Shown: positions 10,938 through 19,579 of the stretch, in pieces | Position numbering within the stretch: the first letter of the stretch is position 1 | How the letters are laid out: the number at the start of each line of letters is the position of its first letter | Virus record (IMG/VR): IMGVR_UViG_3300034110_000988 | Length of the DNA stretch: 64,000 bases | Direction: 5' to 3' (one strand) | DNA from: an uncultured virus (IMG/VR IMGVR_UViG_3300034110_000988) | Taxonomy: Duplodnaviria > Heunggongvirae > Uroviricota > Caudoviricetes | Translations under genes and position numbers: made by a program | Notes under the pieces: generated by a model | The model's database searches: none | The model's input: the letters and a program-made list of their open reading frames with translations, nothing else | Told to the model about the DNA's origin: nothing

Positions 10938-11267
10938 ATGGCGATTGGTTCTGTTATTATTAAAAATGAAGGGCTAAAAAAGTTCTTCACCCACTTTTTC
11001 GGTGATGTTGTTTCGGATGCTTATATTTCCAAATTGGTTGATATTAAAGATTTTGATGCTGATGATGAGAAATTGATGGCCAAGCATAACAAAGGTATCA
11101 ATGCTTCATTGGCTTCTGTTTCTGATTTCATGGAACTTGATATTGGGTATTTGATTGTCCTGACTTTTACTTCTGGTCTGTCTGTTGAAATCAATTTGGC
11201 TGCACAATCATGCCCGATGAATTTCACAAAATTTGATATTCAAGATGCACTCGTTTTAAACACCTAA
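10938..11267 (+). CDS. hypothetical protein
   Basis: AAGGTG RBS. Confidence 0.65.
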   Translation: MAIGSVIIKNEGLKKFFTHFFGDVVSDAYISKLVDIKDFDADDEKLMAKHNKGINASLASVSDFMELDIGYLIVLTFTSGLSVEINLAAQSCPMNFTKFDIQDALVLNT

Positions 11268-11354
11268 AATTTCAGTAATATTTGATTGAAAGTGTTTACA
11301 CTTTAAGCTGTTTTTGATAGAATATACACTCAATTAGACGATAAGGATTACATC

Positions 11355-11525
11355 ATGCACAACATTACTGCACGTATCTATTCTTGCGGTCCCGGTGGTC
11401 GTAAATGCTCTTGCTGCAACCCGTTTCATGGCAAAAGCAAAAACAAGATGAACCGCATCATCCGTCGCCGTCTTGCTGTTGAAAACCGTAAAGAAGTCCA
11501 CGCCGAACTCAGCTCCAAGGACTAA
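11355..11525 (+). CDS. small basic Cys-rich protein (56 aa, GPGGRKCSCC), below ORF-track cutoff
   Basis: AAGGA RBS, TTTACA/TAGAAT promoter; MHNITARIYSCGPGGRKCSCCNPF... Confidence 0.7.
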   Translation: MHNITARIYSCGPGGRKCSCCNPFHGKSKNKMNRIIRRRLAVENRKEVHAELSSKD

Positions 11526-11530
11526 TTACA

Positions 11531-11989
11531 ATGACTGCAGTTGTTATCAACTTTCCTAAACCATTGAAGCCTCGTGACGAGGCTTTTAATGCTGCTTGTG
11601 CGGCTTATGAGTATTTTGACGGCTCTATCCAAATGATGGAAGCTGCACTTGTGACTGATAGCAGGGGAATCATTTCGGGCATGCACAATGTCTTTGGTGG
11701 TTTCCGTCCTGAAATCAAAAACAAATTTTTGTCGTTTATGAATAAGCCTTCTTTTTCTTCTTGGCTGGCTATTCGTGATTATCTTGTTGACCTTAGCACA
11801 ACTTCTTGGCAGTTGTGGTTGAAATATGATCCACATGCACCACAAACATGTAGTAAGATTGAGGTAGATGGCCCATTTCCTAAGCCTGATGACTTCATTC
11901 GATATTATAGTCAACACAAGTCAGAACGCCTTGCTATGCTTATGAAAAAGCGTGATGAAGCGTTGGCTGTTATGCAAACATATGAGTAA
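11531..11989 (+). CDS. hypothetical protein
   Basis: 152 aa, AAGGA RBS. Confidence 0.7.
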   Translation: MTAVVINFPKPLKPRDEAFNAACAAYEYFDGSIQMMEAALVTDSRGIISGMHNVFGGFRPEIKNKFLSFMNKPSFSSWLAIRDYLVDLSTTSWQLWLKYDPHAPQTCSKIEVDGPFPKPDDFIRYYSQHKSERLAMLMKKRDEALAVMQTYE

Positions 11990-12011
11990 TTAATCTTTTA
12001 TTGAGGAAATT

Positions 12012-12536
12012 ATGATGGCTATTGCAAATTATGATCCTATTGTTGTTCCAGTGTTTCCAAAGCGTAATGATGTGACACGTCTTGCCATTGCCATTGACAC
12101 ATCAGGTTCTACAGCATATATGTTTAATGATATGATCCGTCACACAATGCGTCAGCTACTTGATTCTTTGGTCGCTTCTGGTTCATTCCAGCTCATTGTT
12201 TGGTCATTCGATCATAGTATTCAACGTCACTCAATCACTGAGTTTAGTGATCGTGATTACAGCGATTTTGAGGCTAAAATTGATAATATTCTCAAACATG
12301 GTGGTGGTGGAAGTTCATATGATGAAAGCTTTTATTTGGTTAAGGCTCTTCGGTTTGATCCCACAGCAATGGTGTTTATCACTGACTCTGCTATGATGTC
12401 ACCAGAAGAACCAGCAACCATGTTGGCAAACACTCTCAAAAATTACGTGATTTTGTTGCATAATGCTGTTCATCCAAAAATGTATACCATTCCTTTTAAA
12501 TCAGAAGTCATTCCTTTGTTTTATCTTGAAAATTAA
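12012..12536 (+). CDS. vWA domain protein
   Basis: AIAIDTSGS (MIDAS DxSxS), GGGS, VFITD. Confidence 0.8.
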   Translation: MMAIANYDPIVVPVFPKRNDVTRLAIAIDTSGSTAYMFNDMIRHTMRQLLDSLVASGSFQLIVWSFDHSIQRHSITEFSDRDYSDFEAKIDNILKHGGGGSSYDESFYLVKALRFDPTAMVFITDSAMMSPEEPATMLANTLKNYVILLHNAVHPKMYTIPFKSEVIPLFYLEN

Positions 12537-12626
12537 AGAAAAGTCTTGACATTTTTGAAAATAGCAACTTACAAGTGTCCACAGTTCATGGATTGTGGAC
12601 ACCTACGGAAAAAAAATTTAAAAAAG

Positions 12627-14297
12627 TCAACCTTTATTTTTTTCAATATCCAATTTTTTAAGATTAATCATCTTGATACACTCTTGTAAATATTCATCAT
12701 TATTTTTTATCTTTGTATCATCCTTATAATGAGCTACGTCAAGCTGACCATCGTTTAAGGTTATGCCAATAAGAGATGATTTATCTGTCAATTTCATTTC
12801 AAAATTATAAATAAAATACTGCTTTTTATTATTTTGAGTATATTTTTGAAAATATTGATCTTCTCTTGTTATACACCAAGAAGAGCTACCAAAATGTTTA
12901 CTTTGATTGAAGTTTTCAATTTGCATAATCATAATTTTATTATCGGCTCTAATAATTTTAATATTCATGTCTTTGCAGTCTACAAGCATTTTCTCTCTAT
13001 TCATATCAGTAAAATATTTGTAAAACTTATATAATATTTCATTAAATTCAACACTATCTTTATATGATGCCATTTTTTTACCGATTTCATTTTGTATGAT
13101 TTCTGTATTTATTTTAAGATCGTATATGTGTTCCATTATTAACATTGTTTCTTCATTATAAAGGCTATGATATTTTTTGCTGGCTATACTATATGCGAAC
13201 TGCTTAATTTTGTGTTTTCTGATTAACTTTTGAATGCTGTCGTCAATTTGTTCAAGTTCATTATAATTACAATTACCGTTAATTGATGATAATGATTTAA
13301 CTATATCGAAATCATAGTGCTTTAATATTGTTTTATTTTCTTGATATATTTTTATGATTTCAAAAATTTGATTATGGTTTGTATCTGTTCTCTTTATAAC
13401 ATCAATCATGGATTTTAGAAATGAAGGATTTTTTCTTAACTCATGTCTAATAATATCTATTTTAATTTCGGTTTGAATTTGATTGAGATGTTGATTATCA
13501 GAGACTTCTGTATACCCAAAATCTTTATTTTTAAGTAACACAGAGTTATCTTCAAATAAGAACATGGCATCATATTTACTTTTTATTATTTCTTTATATT
13601 TTATTTTATTATTTTTTTCAAAAGTTTCTAAAAATAAGTCTGCATCAGATATAACATAGCCCATACTACGTACTTTTTTAAATATTGTAAAATTATAGGA
13701 CATAGCTATGTCAAAATAATTATTAATAAAGTCTAAGTTTACTATATTAATAATACTATATTCAAAATTTTTATATATTTCTTTTAATTCAGATATCTCA
13801 CTATAGTCAGGATTGTTCTCTATCTTAAATTTATCCATACACTCTTTTATTACAGAAAACCCTAATCTGGTTTGATCTATTTCTTTTAGTATATTGCGTG
13901 TTTGTTCTTCTTTCAAAATTTTATTTGCAATATTAGTTAATTCTTTAATTTCGTTACCTATATTCACATGAATAATGTCTGTAATTATTTTATACTCTTG
14001 AATAATACTTTTAATTTTATCAGGAAAGGATTCTATATATTTTTTTAATGTTGCTATACTACCTAATGCGTAATTTATATTGGTGTTTAGATATTGAATA
14101 TCAGTCCAATCATTATGTTCTAATATATTATTAAATTTTGATATAATGAAGTTGTTTTTATATTTTGTATTATTTGTATTAATACGTTCTTTTATTTCAT
14201 ACATCTTATTAAATGGATTCTCATATAAACCTCTAACAGATTGTTTATTTGAATTATACTTGAAAAATATGTTTTTTGAAAATTCTTCATTAATCAT
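12627..14297 (-). CDS. hypothetical protein with C-terminal PcfJ-like (GxxxWCI) domain
   Basis: SKHFGSSSWCIT..YF motif; extremely AT-rich. Confidence 0.6.
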   Translation of the reverse strand: MINEEFSKNIFFKYNSNKQSVRGLYENPFNKMYEIKERINTNNTKYKNNFIISKFNNILEHNDWTDIQYLNTNINYALGSIATLKKYIESFPDKIKSIIQEYKIITDIIHVNIGNEIKELTNIANKILKEEQTRNILKEIDQTRLGFSVIKECMDKFKIENNPDYSEISELKEIYKNFEYSIINIVNLDFINNYFDIAMSYNFTIFKKVRSMGYVISDADLFLETFEKNNKIKYKEIIKSKYDAMFLFEDNSVLLKNKDFGYTEVSDNQHLNQIQTEIKIDIIRHELRKNPSFLKSMIDVIKRTDTNHNQIFEIIKIYQENKTILKHYDFDIVKSLSSINGNCNYNELEQIDDSIQKLIRKHKIKQFAYSIASKKYHSLYNEETMLIMEHIYDLKINTEIIQNEIGKKMASYKDSVEFNEILYKFYKYFTDMNREKMLVDCKDMNIKIIRADNKIMIMQIENFNQSKHFGSSSWCITREDQYFQKYTQNNKKQYFIYNFEMKLTDKSSLIGITLNDGQLDVAHYKDDTKIKNNDEYLQECIKMINLKKLDIEKNKG

Positions 14298-14473
14298 TAT
14301 GGCAACCTCATTTAGCTTTCCATAATACCATAATTCAACTTATTAATCAACATATATTAAGATTAATTAAACTTAAAAACTCAATATTTTTTTCAATTAT
14401 TATTGCGTTTTTATTTCCTTTGTAGTATTATATCGGCCTAACCAAAATCTATTAATTAGGAGATTCAAACAGT

Positions 14474-14947
14474 ATGCGTAAATCTATTATCAGTATGTTT
14501 GCTGGTGTTGCAATCGCTTGTCTTTCAATGGTCGCAGTTGCGTCAGCTACTGAAGTGATTGGATCTGTCAGCACAACTTTCAATATGGTTGGCCCCAACG
14601 ACAAAATTGTTCTGTCGGCTTTCGATGATCCCGATGTCAAAGGTGTCTCTTGCTACCTGTCGAGTGCGAAAACAGGTGGTCTTTCTGGTGCTGTCGGTCT
14701 AGCCACTGATGCTTCGGATGCTTCGGTGTCGTGTGTTAAGACTGGGCCAATCACGTTTGATGACTCGCTTAAAAGTGGTAAGGAAGCTTTCAGTGAACGA
14801 CGTTCACTTGTTTTCAAGAAACTCCATGTGGTTCGTTTTATTGACCGCGAACGAAAAATGCTTATTTACATGACGTACAGCGATCACCTTGTGGACGGAA
14901 GTCCTAAAAATTCAATCTCTGCTGTCAGTTATGGCTCAACTCAGTAA
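14474..14947 (+). CDS. creA: CreA family secreted protein
   Basis: signal peptide; [37 protein letters not shown]. Confidence 0.9.
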   Translation: MRKSIISMFAGVAIACLSMVAVASATEVIGSVSTTFNMVGPNDKIVLSAFDDPDVKGVSCYLSSAKTGGLSGAVGLATDASDASVSCVKTGPITFDDSLKSGKEAFSERRSLVFKKLHVVRFIDRERKMLIYMTYSDHLVDGSPKNSISAVSYGSTQ

Positions 14948-15016
14948 CTGTTCAAAACAAAAGCCCGCTTGGCGGTTTTTGGCATTTAAAAATTTAAATA
15001 ATTAGAGGAATAAACA

Positions 15017-15535
15017 ATGAGAAAAGAACTAGAAGACATTACTTATAAACATGCAGTTAATCCTAACGTGTTCGAACATGAAGGAAAAACTATTTTAAAT
15101 CTTTGGGATATGCTATACAAGCTTCAAGAAATCCATAATGTCGATTTCTGGGATTATTATGGCAGTGGACAAGCTTTCGATAAATGGGCTGACTCAAAAG
15201 GCTATGGTGCAACTGACCCTGATGGCAAACGCCGTGGTGCCAGCAATATCTGGTATAAAGAATGGCAAACGGACATCAAAAATGGTGTATGGAAAGATAT
15301 CCCTTACTGTTCTTTCATTGATATGTTCAACTATGATATTGAAGATTTAGGTAATGACGAATCAGAAGAAATTTATGAAGTTCACTTGGACTGGATGATG
15401 AATCGTGCTGTTGAAGAAGACAATAAACAATTTGGAAAAGCCGATTACCGTGTTCACTTGACTGGTATTTTGCTTGCTGAATTGGGGGATACTGTCCTTG
15501 TTGATCAATCACCAGAAACCATTAATCAATATTGA
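15017..15535 (+). CDS. hypothetical protein
   Basis: GAGGA RBS, 172 aa. Confidence 0.7.
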   Translation: MRKELEDITYKHAVNPNVFEHEGKTILNLWDMLYKLQEIHNVDFWDYYGSGQAFDKWADSKGYGATDPDGKRRGASNIWYKEWQTDIKNGVWKDIPYCSFIDMFNYDIEDLGNDESEEIYEVHLDWMMNRAVEEDNKQFGKADYRVHLTGILLAELGDTVLVDQSPETINQY

Positions 15536-15600
15536 TTGCAGTATGCCTCATTTTCGAGTATACTGCGTGTCTACTTTCTAACTCAATCAGGTGCATTATC

Positions 15601-15834
15601 ATGAAAAAAATCCAAACTAAAAATGAATTTGTTGAACACTTCCTGAAAACTCGCTATTTGGAAGATAAAATTAAATTTGAAAAAGATCCAAAAAACAAAG
15701 GTAAAACGTCCACTTTTGGTACTACAAAAGAAGGTCGCACCTTGTTAATGCAACATGCTTTGGCAATGTATCAACTTTATCTTGTAGCTGCTACACTGCC
15801 AGAAATCAAAATTTCTGAACCTTTTAGTCACTAG
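15601..15834 (+). CDS. hypothetical protein
   Basis: AGGTG RBS, TATACT promoter. Confidence 0.65.
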   Translation: MKKIQTKNEFVEHFLKTRYLEDKIKFEKDPKNKGKTSTFGTTKEGRTLLMQHALAMYQLYLVAATLPEIKISEPFSH

Positions 15835-15938
15835 TTGAATATTGTGAGAGCGAAGCTCTCATAATTGATTGAATTTTGGTTGATGTGGTTTTTACTTTCA
15901 GGTATAATTAGCGTCTACTCAACAGACAGAGGTCTAAC

Positions 15939-16313
15939 ATGCAAAAAGTTATTGAAGTTCATGGTTTTAACTTTTCGTTTAAACTTGATGGTATCGGTGT
16001 ACGCGATAAATCCTTTGAAATCGTGAATTTCAGTTATGGGGCTGGCACATTCTACCAGAAGTTTAAGTCGAAAGTGCCTGTTGAACTACATGATGATCTG
16101 AAAGCCATGAAAGACGTGGATGTCTATGTGATGGACGGTGGTGGCGAAGACTTCCATTTCATTACTCTCAGCAAAGATGAAACTGCAGTTCGTGATCTGG
16201 CGGGTCGTGTGCTTCGTATTTGTAAAGCGGTTCACAACTACAACCAGCCAGTTGAAGTCTCTATTAAAAAACGTGTGTTGGTTGAAGAAACCAGTGACGT
16301 AATTGTAGCTTAA
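15939..16313 (+). CDS. hypothetical protein
   Basis: GAGG RBS; ends DVIVA. Confidence 0.7.
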   Translation: MQKVIEVHGFNFSFKLDGIGVRDKSFEIVNFSYGAGTFYQKFKSKVPVELHDDLKAMKDVDVYVMDGGGEDFHFITLSKDETAVRDLAGRVLRICKAVHNYNQPVEVSIKKRVLVEETSDVIVA

Positions 16314-16407
16314 TTACGGTTTAAGCTCGCAAAATAGAGATTATTCTTGACCTTTCGAGCCATATTTGTTAATATGGCTTCATTAACCACACAATTGGAG
16401 CAACAAA

Positions 16408-16965
16408 ATGATTAATCTGCAAACCTTTAAAATCGCACAGTCGATGGGCTTTGATCAGAAAAACATTTTTCACCGTCTTACTAAGGCTATGGAAGAACAA
16501 GGCGAACTCGTTGGTGCTTTTTTCGAACTCAACGATTTGAACGAAACCATTGAAGAAGCTATTGATAACATCTTGGTTAACACCTCGATTGCTTATGTCA
16601 TCAATCCAGCTTCGATGATGGACGCTCAAAATATTGTCAACGATGCCTTTAACAGTGCTACCTTTGATAACTCTTTGAGCCAAGGTCTGTTGATGAAGTT
16701 CATTATCAAGAACGGCCTGATGTCCGATGCTATCCAGAAACAACAAAAGATTGCTGCTAGCCACTACAAAGGTGCTGTTACCGATGACGAAGCTCTGCAA
16801 GCTGTCTATGCCACACTGCAAGTGCTTTGCAGCTTCTTGCACAGTGTTACCGAAGATGTTGACCTGATCAACGCTTTGATTTTGAAGAAGAACCAGAAAT
16901 GGCTGGAAAAATCGCTGCAGGGCATTGAACATGCTAATAAACAAGCTGCTTTGATTGTAGCCTAA
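16408..16965 (+). CDS. MazG-like NTP pyrophosphohydrolase
   Basis: KAMEEQGEL...IEEAIDNI acidic helix motifs. Confidence 0.6.
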   Translation: MINLQTFKIAQSMGFDQKNIFHRLTKAMEEQGELVGAFFELNDLNETIEEAIDNILVNTSIAYVINPASMMDAQNIVNDAFNSATFDNSLSQGLLMKFIIKNGLMSDAIQKQQKIAASHYKGAVTDDEALQAVYATLQVLCSFLHSVTEDVDLINALILKKNQKWLEKSLQGIEHANKQAALIVA

Positions 16966-17069
16966 GTTAGATATTACTCAAAAAGCCCATCTTCGGATGG
17001 GTTTTTTGTTTCTTATTTTTTTGTTCTATGGTATAATCATACAAATTTAAAGTATACTTAAGGTGAATT

Positions 17070-18071
17070 ATGAAAAACTTTATTCATGAGCACAAAATAG
17101 ATTGCTCATCTATTAGTAAGATCGTGCTTAATTCAAAAAACTGGCAGCTCTTAAAACTTGAAAGCCATCCCGTTAGTATTTTTATTTATATCGACAAAAA
17201 AACTGGTCTGGTTTTTAAATTTGAATTTAATAGAGCTAGATCTAGCGATTCTGCTGCACTAACAGTTCAAGATAAAAATAGTGTTTTATGTAAATATATT
17301 ACACCTATTCATTCTTTATTTCTAATGCCATCAAAAAATAAAGAATTACTTCACCATTTAGTAGAAGTAGTTCATAATTCATTTTATTATAATTTTCCTA
17401 ATAATATTCGGGATGATTTGATTAAATATATCAACATAAAAAATTCTATTGATAGCAAAGATAACCCTTATATTACTACAGAAACGTTTCGCAGTTTACC
17501 TCAGTATTCGCCCAATCGGTTTGAATTTAAAGCTTTTGACACTCTTTATATATCTTATCCTAGGTGTTATATCAAGGCGGCTTTTAATCAAGACCATGAT
17601 AATAAATTTCTTTGTTCTGACATTACTCCATTATTTAATAAGAAAATTAAAGAACTTTTATCATATTATACGATAAAGAATATTGAGCACCATTTTTCGT
17701 TATCAAAAGAAGAGCATTACTATAATGTTATATTCTACAAAAATGATGATAATAAATGGATAGACCATTCAGTCAAGGCTTTTTATAACACATTAACCAA
17801 TATTGCAACATTTACATCAACAATCACTTCATCAACTTACAAATTAATAGATGACAAGTGGGTTAAACCTGATTCAATTGTTGAAGTTAAGGATATTTTT
17901 ATTGAAAATAATAAAGATATTCAATATAATATGATTATGAATTTGACTGCGTTGCACTTGAAAAATTACATTCGAAAAGATATTTTACAGCAATTTAATA
18001 ATGCTTCTATTGATTTAAGCGATGGCATTACAGAAAATAATCTACTCTTATTAAAAATGGTTACTATTTGA
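17070..18071 (+). CDS. hypothetical protein with C-terminal MxxI motif
   Basis: ends LLLLKMVTI; distant tandem paralogue of 18088. Confidence 0.75.
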   Translation: MKNFIHEHKIDCSSISKIVLNSKNWQLLKLESHPVSIFIYIDKKTGLVFKFEFNRARSSDSAALTVQDKNSVLCKYITPIHSLFLMPSKNKELLHHLVEVVHNSFYYNFPNNIRDDLIKYINIKNSIDSKDNPYITTETFRSLPQYSPNRFEFKAFDTLYISYPRCYIKAAFNQDHDNKFLCSDITPLFNKKIKELLSYYTIKNIEHHFSLSKEEHYYNVIFYKNDDNKWIDHSVKAFYNTLTNIATFTSTITSSTYKLIDDKWVKPDSIVEVKDIFIENNKDIQYNMIMNLTALHLKNYIRKDILQQFNNASIDLSDGITENNLLLLKMVTI

Positions 18072-18087
18072 TTTGTGGAGTTAATAT

Positions 18088-19026
18088 ATGACTGATTATT
18101 TGTTGGATTATGGAATCGAAGCAAGTGGAAAAAAATTTCCTAATAAGTCTATTGAATTGGATAAAGACCACTATCAGTTGATTAAAGCAGATAAACTATT
18201 CTTTTATATTGACAAACAATCTGATATTGTTATTCGCCTTGAACCGTTTAAGACCTCACGGGGCACTGCAATCATTAGTGTTATGAAAAAAAATAAGCAA
18301 ATTTGCCATTATCGACACCATATTGAAGAAGGTCTTGTTCACGATTATAACTATAATCGTTTTCTTGAAGTCATCGTATTTCTTGCACAAACGTCTTTTT
18401 ACTTTTTGTTGGAAGCTGTCAGCAGACAAGAAGTTGTGGATTTTTTAAACACAAACGATAACTGCAGGCTTAAAGTTCAGACAATTGATAATTCAGTTGT
18501 TGATAGACCACATCATGAATTTGTAAGCATGGATATTTGCAATGACCATCCTTATAAATCACAAAATATTGATTTGTTTGTTGTCGTCAAACCTGAAATC
18601 AGTGATCGATTGATTATGCGTAATCTGGCTATTTTCAATGATTTTTATGTTAACCGTGTTAAAAAGCTGTATCAAGTTCAACAAACGATTCATTATCATT
18701 CTATTAATAAAGATTTTCATCACTATGAACTTGTCATTAGAGGTGATTATCATGCAGAATTGAAAATAAAATATGATAAGAAAAAGGCAAAGACTATTTT
18801 TTCTTTGCACACTTATCCACATGGTGAACCCACAATTAAAACCAAAAATGTGGTTATTACACATGATGATGATTTTCATGCTTCAATTTTCAAAATGGCA
18901 GGCGAACTGTTCTTACACAAATATCCATCAACAGAACTGGTGGCTTATTTCGATGATTTACACATGGATGTGTCTAATGGCCTTGAAAAAGACCATTTAA
19001 CACTGTTGGATATGGTTGAAATTTGA
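18088..19026 (+). CDS. hypothetical protein with C-terminal MxxI motif
   Basis: ends LTLLDMVEI. Confidence 0.75.
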   Translation: MTDYLLDYGIEASGKKFPNKSIELDKDHYQLIKADKLFFYIDKQSDIVIRLEPFKTSRGTAIISVMKKNKQICHYRHHIEEGLVHDYNYNRFLEVIVFLAQTSFYFLLEAVSRQEVVDFLNTNDNCRLKVQTIDNSVVDRPHHEFVSMDICNDHPYKSQNIDLFVVVKPEISDRLIMRNLAIFNDFYVNRVKKLYQVQQTIHYHSINKDFHHYELVIRGDYHAELKIKYDKKKAKTIFSLHTYPHGEPTIKTKNVVITHDDDFHASIFKMAGELFLHKYPSTELVAYFDDLHMDVSNGLEKDHLTLLDMVEI

Positions 19027-19055
19027 TAAACATCCGTATTAAATTAATATCTCAA

Positions 19056-19430
19056 TTACAATTGTGCCATTATATCAGCAACTACTGATTCTTCCAATGT
19101 TACCCAAATAATAGCACCCATCGGGTGTTTGTATTTCACGGGGGTTGTTAGGCGTTTGGCGTCAGACAATACCCACCCGTTAGGATTCTTGTAAAAGCTT
19201 CTGAGGGTTATTTCATCAACACAACTTTTAATCACGATATCCGACAAATCAGCTTGTTCAACCAAATTAATACTGTCATTAACCATACAGGTTCCGATAA
19301 CTTGCCCGGTACCACTTGCAATCAAGGCGATTTGCCCTCGAATGTTTGTTTTTGAACCTCGTATTTCAATCGTTTTCTTCCCTGCTAAAATAAGGTCGAT
19401 CCACGGTTGCTTGATAATCAGTGCTTTCAT
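19056..19430 (-). CDS. ASCH domain protein
   Basis: KALIIKQPW..LI..GKKTIEIR signature. Confidence 0.85.
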   Translation of the reverse strand: MKALIIKQPWIDLILAGKKTIEIRGSKTNIRGQIALIASGTGQVIGTCMVNDSINLVEQADLSDIVIKSCVDEITLRSFYKNPNGWVLSDAKRLTTPVKYKHPMGAIIWVTLEESVVADIMAQL

Positions 19431-19579
19431 TATTTTCTCCTTTGTTTAATAATAACATACTTATTTTAGTTTTTCTGTACCTTTTTTGTTAACATTAAAT
19501 AATTATTTTATTTATATTATTGTGTTTTCTTGAGGTTTTGTTATATTTTTAATTACAAGAACAATAATAAATTAACAAA

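Noticed and set aside
11382..11402. Release-factor GGQ mimic (SCGPGGR)
   Set aside because: The catalytic Gln is absent and the protein is too short for the domain.
12574..12601. Inverted repeat GTGTCCACA...TGTGGACAC as DnaA boxes or an origin
   Set aside because: Lies between convergent genes and is better explained as a terminator hairpin; the DnaA match is imperfect.
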